Positions 56,441 to 64,000 of a stretch of 64,000 bases of DNA are shown piece after piece; the first letter of the stretch is position 1; each line of letters starts with the position of its first letter. The notes beneath the pieces were generated by a model. That model saw only the letters and a list, made by a program, of their open reading frames with translations. It had not been told where the DNA came from and made no database searches. The translations under genes and the position numbers were made by a program. This DNA comes from Lama guanicoe (lineage: Eukaryota). Where the stretch lies: positions 124,001-188,000 of the forward strand of contig MU053418.1 in NCBI GenBank assembly GCA_013239625.1, written 5' to 3'.

Positions 56441-57697
56441 AACCACAATTTTTCAGTTATAGATGAACATACATACATTCATTGTCACATGTTTTTTCAC
56501 TGTGAGCTACCACAAGGTCTTGTATACTTCCCTGTGCTATACAGTATAATCTTGTTTATCTATTCTGCATATGCCTGTTAGTATCTACAAATTTTGAAAT
56601 CCCAGTCTGTCCCTTCCCACTCTTCCACTCTCTTGGCAACCACAAGTTTGTATTCTATGTCTATGAATCTGTTTCTGTTTCGTATTTATGTTTTGTTTTG
56701 TTTTGTTTAGATTCCACATATGAGTGATCTCATATGGTATTTTCTTTTCTCTTTCTGGCTTACTTCACTTAGAATGACATTCTCCAGGAACATCCATGTT
56801 GCTGCAAATAGTGTTATGTTGTCGGTTTTTATGGCTGAATAGTATTCAATTGTATAAATATACCACCTCTTCTTTATCCAGTCATCTGTTGATGGACATT
56901 TAGGCTGTTTCCATGTCTTGGCTATTGTAAATAGTGCTGCTGTGAACATTGGGGTGCAGGTGTCATTTTGAGGTAGGGCTCCTTCTAGATATACGCCTAG
57001 GAGCGGGATTCCTGGGTCATATGCTAAGTCTATTCCTAGTCTTTTGAGGAATCTCCATTCTGTTTTCCACAGTGGCTGCACCAAACTACATTCCCACCAG
57101 CAGTGTAGGAGGGTTCCCTTTTCTTCACAGCCTTTCCAGTATTTGTCATTTGTGGACTTTTGAATGATGGTTGGTGTGAGGTGATACCTCATTGCAGTTT
57201 TGATTTGCATTTCTCTGATAATTGGTGATATTGAGCATTTATTCATGTGTCTATTGATCATTTGTATTTCTTCCTTGGAAAATTGCTTGTTTAGGTCTTT
57301 GGCCCATTTTTGGATTGGGTTGTTTGTTTTTTTCCTATTATGTCTTATGAGCTGCTGTATATTCTGGAGATCAAACCTTTGTCGGTTTCATTTGCACAAA
57401 TTTTCTCCCATTCTGTAGGCTGTCTTTTTGTTTTACTTATGGTTTCCTTTGCTGTGCAGAAGTTTGTAGGTTTAATTAGGTCCCATTTGTTTATTGTTGC
57501 TTTTAATTCTATTGCTTGGGTAGACTGCCCTAGGAGAACATTTTTGAGATGTATGTGAGATAATGTTTTGCCTATATTTTCTTCTAGGAAGTTTATTGTA
57601 TCTTGTCTTATGTTTAAGTCTTTGATCCATTTTGAGTTTATTTTTGTGTATGGTGTAAGGGAATGTTCTAGCTTCTTTGATTTACATGCTGCTGTCC
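56441..57697 (-). mobile_element. Young 5'-truncated L1
   Basis: ORF 56707-57261 is the L1 ORF2 C-terminus ([18 protein letters not shown]...[11 protein letters not shown]); closely similar to the L1 copies at 32.2 kb and 47 kb. Confidence 0.92.
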
Positions 57698-58239
57698 TCA
57701 AAATACTAGGTTTTATCACGGATTTAAGCTGGACCATGGTGCAGCTCTCCATTTAAGACCTGGTATTATGGTCTCTTGATAATTTATACCACTTACGCTC
57801 TGGCAATATGCCCTCTGTTTCTACCACATCCTCTTCCATTAGAGGCAACAGCCTTCATTTATTTCAAGGTTGTTATTAGAACATTGTTCACAACATCAAC
57901 ATTTTGATAACTAATAAGCAAGAAAGCTGTTCTAGACGTCTATGTCAGGAAAGTCTTTACATCCCATGAAGAATCAGTTTGGTTTATTCTTATTTTCAAA
58001 GCACTTTCCATAACAATGTCTGCTATTGCTATCAGAAACAAATGTACAACTTAGCATCGGTACCTTAAACATTAAGGACTTGAGAGTCACCGACTTTTGC
58101 CTTACTACTAATCTGCTACTCCATATTTCCCCCAAAGTTGACATTTATCTGTTTCTATATTTACATTTTAATGGTTATATCTTATAAATCTTGTAAAATT
58201 CAATGCAAAAGAAAACAGGAAATTTAAAAAGAAACTCAC

Positions 58240-58297
58240 ATGGGATTTGTTCATTTTCTATTTTCTTTAAAAAGTATAGAGACCTGTGAAGATGTAA
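58240..58297 (-). pseudogene. Pseudogene initiator exon (58 bp, MNKSH)
   Basis: ctttttccttgtgtctcag|TTACATC...GAAAATGAACAAATCCCAT|gtgagt; homologous to 34899-34956. Confidence 0.8.
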
Positions 58298-59049
58298 CTG
58301 AGACACAAGGAAAAAGAAATGAGTTATAAAAGATTTGGCCTCCTCCATAGCTCCTGGATTTACCTTAGTATAAATTCTGCATACTAGTGGGTAAAATGAC
58401 TTCCTGGTAGCCAATGTCTTCCTGTTGGTTCCTAAAAAGAGAAGGAATGTAGCATCAATAGAATAAAATATTTAATGATAGGCTCTCAAAAAAAAAAAAA
58501 AGCCCTGAGTTGTAGTTGCCAATATCCAAGGCATAAATAATCCTGTCATGATCAATTTCAAATTACTAACATGATACCATTCGAACAGAGTTGGGAAGAG
58601 ATGTTCAATAGTACATCATTATATAATATTTCCAACACACTGATAAAGTAGAAAAAGAAATAGCCTCAAGAGCACAGATACGGGTAAACTTAAGGAAATT
58701 AATTAGGAAGTGATGAGTTTTTAATATGATCACAGACAAGAGGAGCCTAAGCAGACATAACTACTTAATGTAACACAGTGTCCTAGAAAGGGTCATAGAA
58801 CAGAAAAAGATTACAGAAAAACTGAGGAAATTGGAAAAACTAGAGACTTTAGTTAATAATAATGTATCAATGTTGGTTTGTTAATTTGGACAAATGTACC
58901 ACACTAATGTAAGATGTTAAAAATAAAGGAAATTAATGCAGACTATACAAGAATCTCTCCATTATAGTCACAATAATTCTGTAAGTCTAGAAACTAGTCT
59001 ACCATAATTTATTTAAAAACTCTTTAAAATAAAATGGTATAGTAAAAAA

Positions 59050-61320
59050 TATCCAGTTAATACCAAAGAAGGCAGTAAAGGAGAAACAAGAGAACAACAA
59101 CAAAAAAGCATGATATATATGGGTGGGAGCAGGAAACAGCAAAATGCCAGGCATAAATCTAACCAAATCAACAATAGCATTAAATGTGAAATGGATTAAA
59201 CATTACAAGCAATGGGCAAATTGTCATATGGGATTAAAAAGAAGCCTAAACTTTATGCTGTCTACAAGAGACAAAATTTAGATTCAGAAGTACAAATAGG
59301 TTGAACCGAAAAGGATGGGAAAATACGCAATGTGCAAGTGCAATCATAAGAAAGCTAGAGTGATTATACTAATAACAGATAAAATAGACTTTAACACAAA
59401 GGTGTAACTGTTTCTTACAGAGAACATTTTAATGATCAGTCCAACAGACAGATATAACAGTGTTTTAAATACATACACTTGACCAAAAACGTCTCATAAC
59501 ACATGAAGCTAATTGATAGAATTGAAGGGAGAAAGAGATAATTCAACAGTAAGAGTTGGATACTTCAACACCCAAGTCTCAATATTCGATAGGATAGCTA
59601 GGCAGAAAATTGTCATATAGAAAACCTAAATACTGTACATTAGCTAGACCTAAGACATCTTTAGAACCATACTCCCAACAGCAGAATACACACTTTTCAA
59701 GCATACAGGGAACATTCTCCAGGACAGACAATATACTAGGCCATAAAACAAGTCTCAATAAATTTTACAGGATTTAAATCACAGAAAAAATGTTCTCCGA
59801 CCACAAAGGAATTAGAAATCAGTAACAGAAGAAATCTGAGAAATTCACAAGTATGTGCTTAGAGGTAAATATATGTAAACATCTATTTTTAAAAAAGAAT
59901 AATCTTAAATCAACAACCTAACCACTCACCTTAGAAAGATGGAAAAAGAAGAACAAATTACACCCAAAGCAAGAAGAAGGAAGTAAATAATGAAAAGCAG
60001 AAACAAATGAAATAGAAAAAAGAGGAAATAAAATTAAAGTGATTCTTTGAAACTATCAACAGAACTAATAAATTTTTATCCACAGTGACCATAAAAAAAA
60101 GAGAGGGAAAACAAATTATCAAGAGCAGGAATCAAAAAGAAGACATCACTATCGATATTATAGAAATTAAAATTATTATGAAGGAATATATGAACAACTA
60201 TATACCAACACATTAGATAAATCAGAAGAAATGCACAGTCCTAGAAAGGCACAAATTACTGAAAATGACTTGAGAAGAAGTAGAAGATCTGAGCCATATT
60301 TAATGGTGAAAAATTAAGCCCATTCCACCTTAGATCAGGATTAAGACAAAACATCCAATCTCACCACTTTCCCTCAGCATCTCAATAATGTATTGTACTG
60401 TTCAGCAATGCGTTCAACATTGTTCAACACTGAGCATCAGCTAAGGCAATTAGGTAAGAGGGAGAGGTAAAAGGCATCCAGATTAGAGAAGGAGAAATAA
60501 CACTACTTTTATCTGTGGGTGATGTGATCTTATTCATAGAAAATCCTAAGAAATCCGTTTAAAACTACCTAAACTAGTGGAGCAAGGTTGCAGGACACAA
60601 GATCAATATGTAAAAAATATATTTCTCTATATACACTAGTACTGAACAATCTGAAAAACAATTCCATTCACAAAAGCATTAAAAAAAGAATACTTAGGAA
60701 TAGATTTAACAAAAGAAATGCAAGACTTTGTACACTGAAATTTAGAAAACATTATTTTAAGAATTAAATAAAACTAGATGGAAAGACAGCTCACATTCAT
60801 AAATGAGAAGATTCAATATTATTAAGATGATATTACTCTCCAAATTATCTACAGATTTAACGCAATCCTATCAAAATCTCACCTGCCTTTTTTTTTGTGG
60901 AAATTTATAAGCCAATTCTGAAATTGACATGAAAGTGCAACGTACCCAGAATACCCATGCAAATTTGAAAACGAATTTTAAGGGAATCCCAATATTTACA
61001 ACAAAGCTATGGCAATCATGACAGTGTGGCCCTGGAATAATAGAAGACATCTAGATCAATGCAATAGAACTAAAAGTCCAGAAAAAAACCAAGCTGTCCT
61101 ACTTATGCTCAATTGATTTTCAACAGAAGTGCCAAGACAATACAATGAAAATTAATAAAAATGGGAAAACCACTTTTAGGGAATGTAAAATGGTTCATAT
61201 TCACTGGAATAGTTTGTCATTTTTCTCAAAATGTTAAACATAGAGTTACCAAATGACTGAGCAGTGCCACCCCCAGGTATCTACCCAAGTGAAAGGAAAA
61301 CATATATACATCCACACAAA
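59050..61320 (+). mobile_element. Old L1 ORF2 fragments
   Basis: atgctgtctacaagagac, gaacattctccaggacagac, gcaaggttgcaggacacaagatcaata. Confidence 0.75.
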
Positions 61321-61762
61321 GAGTTTCAGAGCAAGCTAAAATTTTAAGTTTCTTGTATATTCAAAAGAACAGACCGTGAACTGGGAGGCTTCAAACTGAC
61401 AGTGACAAGAAGCATGGAGGCATGTCCTTACATGCCTTTATAACAATTATTACAATGGGGTTTCCCAGACAACAGGATATTAGTTAAAAGTGATTATTTT
61501 ACACCATTTTAGGAATATGACTTAAGTTTGTTTATGATGATCAGAGGCATTACAAGAAATAACCTATGTTAAGATTTACTTATGTGGCCTAACTGGTTTT
61601 GTCTGCTCAGGGGATTTTCAAGCCTGGTCTCTATTTTCTTTTAACAAGTTATATACAATATTTCATAGCAGGATTATTCATTGTGGCCAAAAAAAGAAAA
61701 AGGAAAAAATCCAAATGTCCATCAGCTGAGGATTGGATAAACAAAAGGTGGTATATCCACAC

Positions 61763-62155
61763 TGTAATAAAGAGTCTGACACCATTGTTAAATTTTGACT
61801 ATGGTAGTCTTCAAACCAACTTTTACCTTCCTCTTCTGCCCCACATCCAGGCAAACTGATAAGAAAAGCCATATGCATGCTCTCTTTCTCAACCCTAGCC
61901 CCTAACTGCAATACATACCAGGCCACTCCTTCCCACACTTTTTCAAATCACTCAGGTAAGTTCTGGATCAGCTTGGGTGCTACCCTGCTCTGCCCAGAAA
62001 GTCCCATGATGTGAGTAAAAAATCTTTTTACATTCTCTTGGTGCATGTGTGTCTTGACATCCAAACCAAATTTGGGGTTGAGTGGTTTTAATCTGTCCTC
62101 TGTGGGGCCACTTCCATCCTGGAAGCAGAATAATCTAGAGAATGACCACCACGAC
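61763..62155 (+). mobile_element. ERV LTR remnant; another LTR-like fragment at ~61330-61650
   Basis: Starts tgtaataaagagtctgac; ggcaaactgataagaaaagcc; gagtaaaaaatcttttt poly(A)-signal-like region. Confidence 0.55.
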
Positions 62156-63189
62156 CTTGAGGTCTTTCTTCTCTTGTTTTTGTCTAGCTAACTGGTTTTG
62201 TTTTCTGATGGGAAGCATGTGCTTTGAGCTCTGCTGTTTTATGCCGCACTTGCTGGGTCCAGCCCGAGCCTCCGCCTCTGCCACAGATTTAACTGACCAA
62301 AGCTTGAAATAGTACTGAATTGAGTGTAATTGGTGTTCAGGGACAGGAGTGTGGAACGAGGGTCCTTCTCTGGGTCATGTGTTCGGGTCATGGGTTTTGG
62401 CCCAGACCTATCTGTGTGCCTAAAATTGAATTGTGCGTCTCAACTCCGACATAAATTGTAACAGACGCTAGGATCCTGGATTCTACCTTGAGATTGTTGG
62501 TTGAATCTCAACCAGGCATTTTTCTCCACTGTATAGTCATGACTTAAATGAGGCATTCTATAGAACCCTCATCTCTCTTACCAGCTTCAAGCTGCAGGCT
62601 TCACAGAATGTAACAGCTTACTAAAACAACTTTGAAATCAATTAAATAAAACACAGCACATTTATCAAACCTCGGGGATGAATTGTAATAAGGAGCCTGA
62701 CTATAGTTCTATTATAAAAATTTAGTATTTTTTTATTACTTTGAGTGAAAACTCAATAGTTGGCACAAGAGTAAACTGATGTCATAAAATTGCTGACCAG
62801 GAAATCAGCATACATTCAGTATTATTCCTTAGTGAACAGTCAAAATATTTTATACCATTAGCATAATATTTGAGTAAAAATCTCATGCGAGTGCGCACCT
62901 AACATTAAGCTTTCTTTTTCTTTTGTAAGGTGATATGAGTGGGATTCCTCTTCCGTTTCAGTTTATATGTTTTCTCTTCCTTGCATGTTTCGTGTATCAG
63001 CTGCATAATTTTGCAAGCTTGTATTCCAAAGATAAAGTCAGCTGTTACAGGGCCTTATTCTTTGCACTACTGTACTTGGTTCCAAGCGCTTTCTTTAAAT
63101 TACTATCGCTGTTCATCGCACCAACTCAAGATAGTTTTCTGTTTTCAAGTCCCCAGACTGAGGATTGCCAGTTCTAGTCAGCTACCACC

Positions 63190-63930
63190 GTGAGCAACGA
63201 AAGGACCCGGCCAGCAGCAAACACTCAGACCGCCGGACGAGGCCGAACTTCACGACGTCAGCCGCCGGGCTGCCGCAGCGCAGGCTCCCGGGAAGCGGAG
63301 CTCCCGCGCGCGGGGCGCCGGGCGCCTGCCGCGCATGAGCAGTCCCAGCTCCTTCCCGCGGCCGCCGCCGCCATTTTCTCCGTCTCACACCGCAGGGGGG
63401 GAGAGGATCAGGAGCCTCCAGGTCTGCGCAGCGCCGCAGAGGGCGGGGCCCGGAACCTGCGCGGGCCGGGAGCCGAGGCTGAGCCCCTGCAGGTGTGTCG
63501 CAGGCCTCGCCGCGGGCGCGAGGCTGGGGGCGGGGGGGATGCCGGGTCTCCGCGGCTGCGCCGAATCGGAGAACCTGGAAGCCGCCGCCCCTCTATGAGC
63601 GCCGGCCTGGCCGCGGAGGAGGACTAGGGAGGGAGCCAGGCAGGCGGCCCGGCGGGGAGGCTGGTCGTCCGCAGTCGGGATCCTTACCAAGAAGCCGCGT
63701 TTCTCGCCCTGCGCGCGAGGGGCGGCTCGAGGAGGCCCGGGGCGCCGGGCATAGCGGGGACGGCCGCGCGGAGGGGACGGCCGCTTGTGACGTGGGTGCC
63801 AAGCCCGTCACGTCCGGGCTGGCGTGGCGGCGGCGCGGGCTGCGGGAGACGTGGCGTTGTCAAGCCTGGGGGACCTGGGCTCTGCTCCAGCGCCCGCCAG
63901 TAAATGGGCCGGTTAACCTCGGTACGACTC
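63190..63930. promoter_or_regulatory. CpG-island promoter (direction unresolved, possibly bidirectional)
   Basis: Very CpG-rich; YY1 motif GCCGCCATTTT 63367-63377; CRE-like GACGTCA ~63254-63260 and TGACGT ~63788; GC boxes; donor-like sites on both strands (minus TTG|gtaagg at 63688/63687; plus CAG|gtgtgt at 63492/63493). Confidence 0.85.
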
Positions 63931-64000
63931 GGATACTCATCTGTATAATTATAATAACCGTTAGGGTCTCTTTTTGTATTGAATAGGGTAGTGTTTATAC

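Noticed and set aside
56707..57261. 184-aa ORF and other L1-derived ORFs (24977-25423, 25592-26020, 28653-29150, 29195-29524)
   Set aside because: L1 ORF1/ORF2 fragments or their antisense frames; no intact retrotransposition-competent L1
63182..63986. Several overlapping ORFs up to 163 aa
   Set aside because: GC-rich island on both strands; no recognisable protein

Overview
Mammalian genomic DNA, most likely camelid (two Vic-type tRNA-derived SINEs and young camelid-style L1 3' ends). It is AT-rich and dominated by L1 and LTR remnants, and lies in a KRAB zinc-finger cluster of the ZNF33/ZNF37/ZNF248/ZNF25 clade. Two paralogous KRAB-ZNF units lie in tandem on the minus strand. (1) An apparently intact ZNF33B-like gene: CpG-island promoter/exon 1 at ~35.8-36.4 kb, 58-bp ATG exon (MNKSQ) at 34899-34956, KRAB-A at 18491-18635 and KRAB-B at 18120-18215; its zinc-finger exon must lie left of the window. 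(2) An unprocessed KRAB-ZNF pseudogene: ATG exon 58240-58297, KRAB-A split by a solo MER41-like LTR, intact KRAB-B 52574-52669, and a zinc-finger exon at ~45440-48625 with stops, frameshifts and a TSD-flanked rearranged L1. A second CpG island is at ~63.2-63.9 kb. The most notable observations are a ~3.4-kb TSD-bounded insertion in intron 2 that looks like an L1 carrying a 3'-transduced terminal exon, the LTR in the KRAB-A exon with a GAS motif, a mechanistic explanation for the extended ZNF33-type KRAB-A exon, two twin-primed L1s and a local ~450-bp duplication. I found no evidence for a wholly new biological system. Repeat subfamily names and gene orthology come from recalled consensus sequences and need RepeatMasker/BLAST confirmation.
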